DNA from: an uncultured Myxococcales bacterium
GTDB lineage: Bacteria > UBA10199 > 2-02-FULL-44-16 > JAAZCA01
Assembly: GCA_964458295.1 (NCBI GenBank)
Contig: CAYWIG010000001.1
Span: 1-27,865, forward strand
DNA: 27,865 nucleotides
Reading direction: 5' to 3'
The translations under genes and the position numbers were made by a program. Position 1 is the first letter of the stretch. Each line of letters opens with the position of its first letter. Below, in pieces: positions 9,383 through 17,215 of the stretch. The notes beneath the pieces are model-generated. The model had not been told where the DNA came from. It did no database searches and was given only the letters and a program-made list of their open reading frames with translations.

Positions 9383-10660
9383 ATGAAAAAAGACAAATTG
9401 ATCACGGCCATCACAAACGGATCGATTGTTGATCCTTCTGGAAAACTCTCAGGTCAAACTAACATCTTCATCGAAAACGGTCTCATCTCCGAAATCAGCG
9501 ATAGAGCTCCGACCTCCTCTGAAGGAGTGCTGAATGCCGAAGGCCTATGCGTTTCTCCAGGATTTATCGACCTGCATGTTCACCTTCGGGAGCCCGGTTA
9601 TGAATATAAGGAGGATATTGAATCGGGGAGCAGGGCAGCCATCGCCGGTGGCTTTACGACGATAGTCTGTATGCCGAACACGAAACCGGTCAACGACTGC
9701 GCGGAGATTACGAAAAAAATCGTTTCACGGGCGAGGGAGGTTGGACTTGCTAACGTACTCCCCGTCGGAGCCATGACCGTCGGTCTCAAGGGTGAAAGGA
9801 TTCCTGATTACGACGCAATGGTGGAGGCAGGTATAGTTGCCATATCAGATGACGGTAGCTGTATTCAGGATGAGACTGTTGCGAGAGAGGTGTTTTCAAT
9901 AGCGGCGGAGAAGGGCATCTTGATAACGAGTCATCCTGAAATGCATTCTCTGAATAATAATGGCGTTATAAATGATGGGCAGTATTCTCGAGTAAATAAA
10001 ATTCCTGGTATTCCTCGTTCGGCCGAAAATGAAGCGATTGCAAGGGATGTTGAACTTGTGAGGGATACCGGTGCGAGGCTCCATATAGGACATGTGAGTA
10101 CGAAGGAGGGTATAGAATACGTAAGACAGGCGAAGGCGGAATCACTGCCTGTTACATGCGAGGTGACTCCGCATCATCTGTTACTTACGGAGAGTGATAT
10201 CGATGAGTATGGGGCGAATGCAAAGATGAATCCTCCACTTCGAAACGAGGAGGATCGACTTGCATTGATAGGAGGTTTGCAGGATGGAACGGTCGACGCA
10301 ATTGCAACCGATCATGCCCCGCATGCGAAGGATGAGAAGAAGGATCTCTTGAGCGCACCCTTTGGTGTGATCGGTATGGAGACGGCATTTTCGGTATGTA
10401 TGTTACTCGTGGATGAGGAGTACATCGACATCGAACGATTGATCGAGCTGTTCACGAAATCACCATCTAAAATATTCAGTTTGAATAGGGGCACGATCTC
10501 CGTGGGTGCCGTGGCAGATTTAGTCATATTCGAGAAAGACTCGCTGTTTAAGATCGATCCCTCCAAATTCCAGTCCAAGGCCAGAAATACCCCTTTCGAT
10601 GGTTGGGAGGTGCCGGTGCAGATTATGCATACCGTCGTGGGTGGTAAAGTAGTCCTTTAA
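9383..10660 (+). CDS. pyrC: Dihydroorotase (type I, multifunctional-complex type)
   Basis: PGFIDLHVHLREPG, GGFTT..CMPNT, CEVTPHHL, KMNPPLR, IATDHAPH. Start moved to MKKDK (9383) because the track's N-terminal extension is the translated repeat. Confidence 0.95.
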   Translation: MKKDKLITAITNGSIVDPSGKLSGQTNIFIENGLISEISDRAPTSSEGVLNAEGLCVSPGFIDLHVHLREPGYEYKEDIESGSRAAIAGGFTTIVCMPNTKPVNDCAEITKKIVSRAREVGLANVLPVGAMTVGLKGERIPDYDAMVEAGIVAISDDGSCIQDETVAREVFSIAAEKGILITSHPEMHSLNNNGVINDGQYSRVNKIPGIPRSAENEAIARDVELVRDTGARLHIGHVSTKEGIEYVRQAKAESLPVTCEVTPHHLLLTESDIDEYGANAKMNPPLRNEEDRLALIGGLQDGTVDAIATDHAPHAKDEKKDLLSAPFGVIGMETAFSVCMLLVDEEYIDIERLIELFTKSPSKIFSLNRGTISVGAVADLVIFEKDSLFKIDPSKFQSKARNTPFDGWEVPVQIMHTVVGGKVVL

Positions 10661-10753
10661 CCTTAAATATCTTTATATATCATGTAGATACAAGATAGTT
10701 ACTCACGTTGTTTTTTAGCAACTTTTTTTGCGGAATGACGATAAGAGTTCACT

Positions 10754-12217
10754 ATGAAAAAATCTATCTATTCCCTTATTTTGATCCTCTCAACGACACT
10801 TCTGATCGGCTGCGATATAACCCCTGAACCATCGGTTAAAGACGAAGCCTCGCCGCCGGAGCCATCGAAGACGCTTCCTGAATCTAACGACAAGGCTGCT
10901 GAACAAGTTCCATTCGAACTAGTAACAGATGGCGAGTATGAAGCTGGAAGCACGAGAACCTGGAGGGTCGATAGAGGTATAATATCGATCAACGCCGATG
11001 TGACAGGTGACGGCGTCATGGATCTTCTCGAGGTCGCTGTTCTCCTGACACCCGAAGCTGAGGAAGTAATTCTGGAGGGTGGTGGCGGAACGCCTTACAC
11101 ATTGAAATGGCCCTATGGCGAGGTCCGCGAAGTCCTAGTTGGTGACATCGATGATGACGGCGATGCTGATGTCATCCTCGATGAGGAGAGGGGTATCTTC
11201 CTCGTAAATCTCGACGAGGGCCGTTTCATGAAGCCTGTTAGCTCTGATCAGTTGGAACAGGTGATTCTGGAAGCGCGCAAGTATATTTCATCTGGAAATA
11301 TTTCGGATGCGTTCAAGGTTGTGGCGACACTCGCGCTTGGCACTCCGCACAGTTGGACGGTGCCGGGTGAGGGAGCGAACGGAAGGTATGATCGCGACAA
11401 CGAGTACGACATTGCCATAGGCAACTGTGTCACATGGGTCGAACAGATACTTGCGATCTTGGGCAGCGGTGGAACCTATGATGGATTTAGAGATCGATTG
11501 AAGAAGATTAGATATCTGGACGGAGTTCAGGAATATCCGATGAGGAATCATTTTCAATCTGTCGATTGGATTCCGAACAATATCGAGGCCGGTTTTATCA
11601 AAGAGAGCGAGATGAGTCTTTCGACTATAGATGTAGTGAAGGTACAAGGAACGATAAATAAGAAAAACTGGTATAAGGCGAAGTCATCACTCGAAGGTGA
11701 TTTTTCCGATCTTGGCGATGCCGAGTATGCTATCAGGTTGGTAGAATTCAAGAATCTTGGGCTGATCATGCCTGAGGAAAACGTATCCCTAAGCTATTTT
11801 CCATTCGAAAATATGGTGAATGGTCACAGCGGAAATTACACGCTCGATCCGGATTTTGTAGATTCCCTTCCAGAGATTTCGATCTTCAACCTCGTAAACA
11901 AGGACCTGAAGATTTCGATGCCGGAGGGGGAGGGCGCGATCGCTGGGGACCTCATACGCATGCATAAGGATTGGAAGGCTTTCGCCGTCGATAAAGACAA
12001 TTGGATGACGGATCTCCTGGTCACGCACGTGGGTTTTCTCGTGAAGAATGATGACGGAAGTGTGATCGTCTACAACTCAACACCGATGACCGATACAGCT
12101 CTATCGATCATGGCCGAGGAGGATCTCTTATCATTTCTCGTGAGCCGCAAATATATAGATAATTCCAAGACCTCAGGTGTAGGATTTCACCTCAGCGAAC
12201 CGATATTTCAAAAGTAG
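10754..12217 (+). CDS. Lipoprotein with DxDxDG Ca-binding motifs and a DUF1460 (NlpC/P60-like amidase) domain
   Basis: Lipobox LLIG-C20; DVTGDGVMD and DIDDDGDAD; DUF1460-like LGTP, NCVTWVEQILA, IRYLDG, RNHF..VDWIPNN, THVGF. Confidence 0.7.
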   Translation: MKKSIYSLILILSTTLLIGCDITPEPSVKDEASPPEPSKTLPESNDKAAEQVPFELVTDGEYEAGSTRTWRVDRGIISINADVTGDGVMDLLEVAVLLTPEAEEVILEGGGGTPYTLKWPYGEVREVLVGDIDDDGDADVILDEERGIFLVNLDEGRFMKPVSSDQLEQVILEARKYISSGNISDAFKVVATLALGTPHSWTVPGEGANGRYDRDNEYDIAIGNCVTWVEQILAILGSGGTYDGFRDRLKKIRYLDGVQEYPMRNHFQSVDWIPNNIEAGFIKESEMSLSTIDVVKVQGTINKKNWYKAKSSLEGDFSDLGDAEYAIRLVEFKNLGLIMPEENVSLSYFPFENMVNGHSGNYTLDPDFVDSLPEISIFNLVNKDLKISMPEGEGAIAGDLIRMHKDWKAFAVDKDNWMTDLLVTHVGFLVKNDDGSVIVYNSTPMTDTALSIMAEEDLLSFLVSRKYIDNSKTSGVGFHLSEPIFQK

Positions 12218-12237
12218 TCTATCTTTTGGATAGCTAC
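12214..12237. terminator. Hairpin between convergent genes (possible terminator)
   Basis: gtag-t-ctatc-tttt-g-gatag-ctac; no strong U-tract. Confidence 0.35.
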
Positions 12238-12256
12238 AACTTGATAAAATAATCAC

Positions 12257-12952
12257 TTAATCAAGACTGTGTGATATTGGTTTCTTCCACACAGATTTGA
12301 GTCCATCGATATGTTCAAAGAGCGTCTCATCGATATTCTGCCATAGCGGATCCAGTATGAAATCAATTCCCTCACGTCTAGCCACTTTCGCTGCCGGTAC
12401 AAAATCGCTATCACCCGAAACGAGGATAATTCTATCCACGAGATTTTTATAAGCGAGAGAAGCGATATCTATTCCTATGCGAAGATCTACACCTTTCTGT
12501 CTGATATCATATTTGAAATCTACGTCTTTGAGTTGACTGAACTCTGTTCTTCCCGAAAGTAGGTTTCTTAAAGACGCATTCTTTAAAGCCCACTTATTAT
12601 CGTCCTTTAGATGGCCTAATCGGAGCGCTACTTTTCTCTTTTTTTTCAATTCCTTTATGAATATAACTTTAAATGTATATAGATTGGATTTGGCAAAATT
12701 GGTGGCTTTCCTTGATATTGGAAGATGCGCCTTCTTCGTCAATGGTAAACAGTCATAATAAAAAATCCTGTACAGTTCGTTGAGACTTTTCAATTTGAGG
12801 TGATTCCTTCCGGTGTGCATCCCGACATGAGCGAGTGACATCCTGTATAATATATCCGCTACCTTCCTTGGGTCTTTTTCGAGTGGATTGCCGAAGAAAT
12901 GGGTATAACGATACAGAAAGAACGTGCCATCAATAAGGATTGCAACTTTCAT
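12257..12952 (-). CDS. NYN-domain (PIN-like, LabA/DUF88) putative ribonuclease
   Basis: VAILIDG, QKGVDLRIGIDIA, ILVSGDSDFVPA. Start at MKVAIL (12952) with GAGGGG 8 nt upstream. AT-rich relative to its neighbours. Confidence 0.85.
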   Translation of the reverse strand: MKVAILIDGTFFLYRYTHFFGNPLEKDPRKVADILYRMSLAHVGMHTGRNHLKLKSLNELYRIFYYDCLPLTKKAHLPISRKATNFAKSNLYTFKVIFIKELKKKRKVALRLGHLKDDNKWALKNASLRNLLSGRTEFSQLKDVDFKYDIRQKGVDLRIGIDIASLAYKNLVDRIILVSGDSDFVPAAKVARREGIDFILDPLWQNIDETLFEHIDGLKSVWKKPISHSLD

Positions 12953-12971
12953 CTTAAGAACCCTCAGAAAT

Positions 12972-13051
12972 AAAAAAAAGCCCCTGGGCTCGGCCACTCC
13001 GCTATTTCAGGAGGGGCGTACTGCCAGGGGCGGTATTTCTAATTTTTCCTA
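12972..13051 (-). ncRNA. Candidate structured leader/small RNA upstream of the NYN gene
   Basis: Minus strand: gcccctgg...ccaggggc (8-bp perfect stem) enclosing gcc-c-ctcc/ggag-t-ggc, followed by 8 T; TTGACA-16-TAATCT upstream (13085-13058). Confidence 0.5.
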
Positions 13052-13259
13052 TATTTAAGATTAGACGATTTTTTAATATTGTCAATATACTCATATTTTT
13101 AAAGATAAGAGCAATAGATATGCCAAGTTTCGAATCTTTAAATTCAACTACTTACGATTTTTAGATGTATCGATATGAACCGTGGTGCTTCAAAATGATG
13201 CAATCATTCCTATTATATGCTTGCCCAAGAAAGTCCTCTAATATAGAAATATCCGCTAA

Positions 13260-14168
13260 ATGACCGATAAGAATAAGCAAAATAAGAAGAGGGGGAGCAC
13301 TTCACGAGAACTCGTCCGCCGCGATCCTCTGCAGAGTTATATGCAGGAGGTGAAGAACTATCCGATGCTCTCATTGGAGGAGGAGCATGAGTTGGCGAAG
13401 AAATTTCATGATGAAGGTGATCTCGAAGCTGCGAAGAAGCTAGTAGCGACACACCTTCGTCTGGTTGCGAAGATTGCGATGGAGTATCGAAGCGCCTATC
13501 ACAATGTCCTGGATCTCATTCAGGAGGGCAATGTTGGTCTTCTGCAGGCGGTCAAAAACTATGATCCAAAGAAGGGTGCCAGACTCGCCCATTATGCGAC
13601 GTGGTGGATCAAATCCTACATCTTAAAGTATATTCTAGATAACTTTCGCCTGATAAAGATCGGAACCACCAAGGAGCAAAAGAAGCTCTTCTACAATCTC
13701 ATGCGCGAGAAGGAGAAGATCGAGGCGATGGGATACTATGCAACACCTGTAGAGCTATCGAAGCGCCTTGGCGTCAGCGAAAAGGCCGTAGAGGAGATGC
13801 AGAAAAGGCTTACAGAGCCGGAATATGCCCTTGAAGCCCCAATTAAAGGCGACTCTGGCGATGGTGGGGCCATTCTAAAGGACTTCCTGCCGATCGACGA
13901 GATGCCTGTCGATGATAGAATAGCTGAACAGCAGACGCAGGATATCCTGAAACAGAAGTTTAAGGAGTTTTCGAAGTCACTCGATGACAGGGAGCTCAAG
14001 ATCTTCCAGGAGCGACTCCTTTCAGAACTTCCTTTAACACTTCAGGAAATTGCAGGTGAATATGGAATATCGAAGGAGAGGGTGAGGCAATTGGAGGAGC
14101 GCCTTATTAAGCGACTTAAGAAGTTTTTTAAGGATAGTGGTATTGAGGTGGAAGCACTTAAGATGTGA
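13260..14168 (+). CDS. rpoH: RNA polymerase sigma-32 family factor
   Basis: LRLVAKIA, DLIQEGNVGL, YATWWIK, RpoH-box-like TTKEQKKLFYNL, ISKERVRQLE. Confidence 0.88.
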   Translation: MTDKNKQNKKRGSTSRELVRRDPLQSYMQEVKNYPMLSLEEEHELAKKFHDEGDLEAAKKLVATHLRLVAKIAMEYRSAYHNVLDLIQEGNVGLLQAVKNYDPKKGARLAHYATWWIKSYILKYILDNFRLIKIGTTKEQKKLFYNLMREKEKIEAMGYYATPVELSKRLGVSEKAVEEMQKRLTEPEYALEAPIKGDSGDGGAILKDFLPIDEMPVDDRIAEQQTQDILKQKFKEFSKSLDDRELKIFQERLLSELPLTLQEIAGEYGISKERVRQLEERLIKRLKKFFKDSGIEVEALKM

Positions 14169-14205
14169 TTACTATCATTATATAGATGGGGAGATAAAAC
14201 AATAA

Positions 14206-14233
14206 ACCGGACATAATCTACCTACTCAGACAT
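14206..14233. other. Left junction: hybrid dif-like site (ACCGGACATAA TCTACC TACTCAGACAT)
   Basis: The 11-bp arm reads TTATGTCCGGT on the minus strand (XerD-arm-like) and marks the exact start of the duplicated unit. Confidence 0.55.
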
Positions 14234-14277
14234 CAAACAATAAAACAGGAGTAGGGGGCGTGAGGGGCGATTTAAAC

Positions 14278-14550
14278 TCAGGCAGCTTTGCCCTTAAATA
14301 CCACTTTTTCTAATTCCTCAAGTCGCTGAAGGATCCCTTTCTTATCATCGAGAAGAATATCTCTGAGTATTTTGTTTAGCAGCGTTTGATATTTTCCGCC
14401 GCTTTTCTCAGCCATTTCACGCAGAACCTCAAGCACCTCTTCATCCAGGTAGGTCGTCACCTTGATCTTTGAGCCTTTGAGTTCTTTCTTAGAGAGTTTG
14501 GGACCCTTTATTTTCTTCATCTTATCTGGATCAGGAATTTTCTTTTTCAT
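14278..14550 (-). CDS. brnA: BrnA-type (ribbon-helix-helix) antitoxin
   Basis: KVTTYLDEEVL..GKYQTLLNKILR; GGAGG before MKKK at 14550; overlaps the toxin gene. Confidence 0.8.
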   Translation of the reverse strand: MKKKIPDPDKMKKIKGPKLSKKELKGSKIKVTTYLDEEVLEVLREMAEKSGGKYQTLLNKILRDILLDDKKGILQRLEELEKVVFKGKAA

Positions 14551-14812
14551 AATATTTCCTCCATTTCCGCCAGTTCGCCGCACCATAAATTCTTATAACC
14601 TTCTTGCGGAAGGTGTATCGTACGGTAATAATATTTCCTGAAGTAACCTTACCCACGGCATAGAATCGATCCTCTTCGGAAGAGTGCTCCTCATCTTCGA
14701 GATGTATGACCTTGGGATCAGCAAAAACCTCCATGGCCTCGCGGAAATTGACGCCGTGCTTGGCTATGTTATCCAGTTCTTTCCGCTCATCCCATTCAAA
14801 CGTATAGCTCAT
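14531..14812 (-). CDS. brnT: BrnT-type toxin
   Basis: FEWDERKELDNIAKHGVNF, HSSEEDRFYAVG, TVRYTFR..IRIYGA. Confidence 0.88.
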   Translation of the reverse strand: MSYTFEWDERKELDNIAKHGVNFREAMEVFADPKVIHLEDEEHSSEEDRFYAVGKVTSGNIITVRYTFRKKVIRIYGAANWRKWRKYYEKENS

Positions 14813-14818
14813 GATCAT

Positions 14819-14857
14819 ATTATACATATATTATATGTATATTGTCAATATATATGT
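14819..14857 (-). promoter_or_regulatory. brnTA promoter with palindromic operators
   Basis: Minus strand TTGACA (14848-14843), 18 bp, TATAAT (14824-14819); overlapping palindromes tacatat-att-atatgta and tattg-t-caata. Confidence 0.7.
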
Positions 14858-15027
14858 AGAGTGATATGAAAGGACAGTTTAATAACTACATGATATTACT
14901 TGTATAAACATAAATGTACCCATAAGGTGGTTCTAAGAAGTAATTTTGCATGTAACTTAAAAAACGAGCAACAAATTTATGGAATGTGCGATAAAGGATA
15001 CAAATGTATGAATAAGAGGAGATGATT

Positions 15028-16083
15028 ATGAGCGGAGCTACAATTAATCCAGGATTACAATTCATTAATACGGCGGGTGTACCAGGGCTTGTTAGTGGCA
15101 TACAAACCGGTATGATTCAGCCGGCACAAACACTAACTGCATTTCAAGCGGTGGGGAGTGCAATCGATACATATGCTAGTGCATTTCCGCAGGATACAAC
15201 GCTCATGGGTTTGCGTGGCAATATCAGTGGGTTGCCAGCCAATCCACCCATCACTGCCCAGGCACAGGAACAGATTCTTGGTCAGCTAACTCAACATAAG
15301 GATGATGTAGAACTGGCAGTACGCATGGCCGTCAAGATAGGGAATGTAGGTCAGGTTGCAGTTACCGGTGGTGCGGCGTTGATAAATACAGAAGCACCTT
15401 ACGATCTCGGAGCCGAGTGGAGATGGATTCCTGCCGGAACATTTCAATTTGGTTCTGCAGATGATGATCAATACGCATATGATGCTGAAAAGCCACTAAG
15501 ACAGGTGATCGTAGGTGGTTTTTTTATGCTGGATCATCCTGTGACGAATAGAGAATGGATTGCATTTCTCGAGGCTACAGGGGAAAGGGATGAGCGAGAC
15601 ATTTCAAAGAAGTTTTCGGGACTCGATCAACCGGCGGTTTTGATCAATCATCCAGAGGCAAGCCGATATGCAGAGTGGCTAGGTTCGCAAGTAAGCGCAC
15701 AGGTAGAACAAAGCGTCATCGGACGGCTCCCAACTGAGCAGGAGTGGGAGAGGGCTGCCAAGGGTCCGGACGGAAATGAATTTATAACTCCAGCAACGAG
15801 CAGGCAAGCTCACTTCGATTCGGATAGAACGAGGGCGGTTACAGATCCCGAAGCATATGTAAATGGATTTGGACTGAAGGATATGATCGGTAACGTATGG
15901 GAGTGGACATCGAGCCCATGGGCAGAGGGATCGAGTGCGTTTGTGCTTCGCGGCGCCTCTTGGGACGACTATAGTCCTCAGTCTCTGCGTGCCGCTTTTC
16001 GCAACTTCAACATTCCGGACGATCGTTTCAGCTTTATCGGCTTCCGTCCGGTGCTGGTTCCCCAGGACCCGAAAAAAAGCTGA
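15028..16083 (+). CDS. DGR target protein 1: unknown N-terminal domain plus FGE-sulfatase/C-type lectin fold with C-terminal VR
   Basis: WIPAGTFQFGS, HPVTNREW, RLPTEQEWERAA, DMIGNVWEW, RGASW..R..GFR; AGGAG before ATG 15028. Confidence 0.93.
   Translation: MSGATINPGLQFINTAGVPGLVSGIQTGMIQPAQTLTAFQAVGSAIDTYASAFPQDTTLMGLRGNISGLPANPPITAQAQEQILGQLTQHKDDVELAVRMAVKIGNVGQVAVTGGAALINTEAPYDLGAEWRWIPAGTFQFGSADDDQYAYDAEKPLRQVIVGGFFMLDHPVTNREWIAFLEATGERDERDISKKFSGLDQPAVLINHPEASRYAEWLGSQVSAQVEQSVIGRLPTEQEWERAAKGPDGNEFITPATSRQAHFDSDRTRAVTDPEAYVNGFGLKDMIGNVWEWTSSPWAEGSSAFVLRGASWDDYSPQSLRAAFRNFNIPDDRFSFIGFRPVLVPQDPKKS
15945..16065 (+). repeat. DGR variable repeat VR1
   Basis: 121-bp ungapped match to TR 19761-19881; 16 mismatches, all opposite TR adenines. 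Confidence 0.97.
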
Positions 16084-16169
16084 TGTAGCCTTTTACCCTT
16101 TGCCTTTTTACCCTTATCCGGATTTAGTATTCCCGAGAAACGATGAGTTTCACTAAGGAGCGTCGGTTT

Positions 16170-16226
16170 ATGAAGCAGGGTGCACCTCAGGTCGTAACAT
16201 CGAAGTATGATCTTCTATGTGAGTAA
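16170..16226 (+). pseudogene. avd: Truncated avd remnant
   Basis: Reads MKQGAPQVVTSKYDLLCE* versus intact MRQGAPQIITSMYDLLLY; same TAAGGAG RBS and upstream spacer as the intact avd. Confidence 0.85.
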
Positions 16227-16248
16227 TGATTGTGAGGGAATATATTAT

Positions 16249-16276
16249 ACCAGACATAATGCACCTACTCAGACAT
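16249..16276. other. Internal dif-like cassette boundary (ACCAGACATAA TGCACC TACTCAGACAT)
   Basis: Both arms identical to those of the site at 20115; the 6-bp spacer differs. Confidence 0.55.
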
Positions 16277-16319
16277 CTAGAAATATAATGGGAGTAGGGG
16301 GGCTGAGAAGCTATTTAAA

Positions 16320-16637
16320 TCAAGCCACCTTCTGTGCATCGATTTCAACTTTGAGTTTTAATCCGAGAGCTTCCAGAAGGGCAAACAGTCTGTCGAGACG
16401 TGGGTTTCCTTTTTCGGAAAGAATCCTATACGCGGTTACGCGGTTGATATGCGCGTCCTTCGCCACCTTGGACATGCTGTATGCCTCTGCTACATGCCGA
16501 AGCGCGATGAGAAGGGCAACGGGATCATCAGATTCCTCAAGCGCTGCGTTGATATAGGATGCTGCCTCGTCAGGATCCTTTAATGATTCTATTAGATATT
16601 CGTTATAATCACCGCTTCTTTTTTTTGCCTTTGCCAT
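16320..16637 (-). CDS. Addiction-module antidote protein (HTH; HigA-like, HI1420 type)
   Basis: EYLIESLKDP..YINAALE, ALRHVAEA..MSKVAKDAHINRVTAYRILSEKGNPRL. Confidence 0.88.
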   Translation of the reverse strand: MAKAKKRSGDYNEYLIESLKDPDEAASYINAALEESDDPVALLIALRHVAEAYSMSKVAKDAHINRVTAYRILSEKGNPRLDRLFALLEALGLKLKVEIDAQKVA

Positions 16638-16956
16638 AGTTTACCTCCAAATAATCGGCCCAATATTTCTTGGCCTTGTTTATATCGTTCTTTTGTGTCC
16701 GTTTCGATCCACCACATAGCAAAAGGACTATCTGTTTTCCATCCCTTCCAAAGTACACCCTGTAACCGGGACCAATATGAATTCTGAGTTCGTTTATACC
16801 TTCAGCAATTGCTTTCGCATCGCCAAATAAGCCCAGTAAAAGACGATCGATGCGTACCTTGATAACAGCGCGTGTACGTGGATCTTTCAAACCTTCCAAC
16901 CAACTCAAAAATGGACTCTTTCCACTTTCCGTTCTGTAATAACGAATATCGATCAC
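16609..16956 (-). CDS. Addiction-module killer protein (RelE/ParE/HigB family toxin)
   Basis: F..WL..LKD..RIDRL..G.FGDAK...GINELRIHIGPGYRVYF, LLLCGGSKRTQKNDI; toxin lies upstream of antitoxin; GTG start. Confidence 0.9.
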   Translation of the reverse strand: MIDIRYYRTESGKSPFLSWLEGLKDPRTRAVIKVRIDRLLLGLFGDAKAIAEGINELRIHIGPGYRVYFGRDGKQIVLLLCGGSKRTQKNDINKAKKYWADYLEVNYGKGKKKKR

Positions 16957-16963
16957 ATTAAGG

Positions 16964-17018
16964 AGTGTAGCATATATGCAACATGTGAGTCAATATGATA
17001 ATGTTGCATATAGGCAAC
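16964..17018 (-). promoter_or_regulatory. TA promoter with two palindromic operators
   Basis: Minus strand TTGACT (16993-16988), 18 bp, TGn-TACACT (16969-16964); near-palindromes GTAGCATATATGCAAC (16967-16982) and GTTGCATATAGGCAAC (17003-17018). Confidence 0.65.
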
Positions 17019-17215
17019 GAATAAGGGTGCTTGCTTGCATTCGTTTGAATTAAAAGCTATGTGACAGATAACTAGCCGATATTATAAGGTAATTTGTGCA
17101 ATTGTTCGTGCAGGATCGTGTAGGGATGATTTTTGAGGTAAATGTTGAAAAATCGAGAAACTTTTTTAGGGAATGTGCGATAAACAGATGTTATTGGAAT
17201 TATACGGAGGTAGTT

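Noticed and set aside
57-14000. Many short antisense or alternate-frame ORFs within housekeeping genes
   Set aside because: Shadow ORFs of well-supported genes, with no independent motifs.
14197-14250. AAACAATAAA(A)C.GGA occurring twice around the left junction, as a possible target-site duplication
   Set aside because: AT-rich, on the same side of the island, and not conserved in the 16245 element; probably chance or an old remnant.
15340-15375. VGQVAVTGG as a RHIM-like amyloid signalling motif
   Set aside because: Lacks the (I/V)Q(I/V/L)G core; the resemblance is only compositional.
15935-16557. Track ORFs 15935-16156, 16207-16557 and 18015-18356
   Set aside because: Alternative frames over VRs or antisense to the antitoxin; explained by real genes in other frames.
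4855-17215. Track start codons for lepA, pyrC, NYN, brnA, brnT and target 2
   Set aside because: The extensions translate repeats, terminators or promoters; downstream starts fit RBS position, promoter position or family N-termini better.
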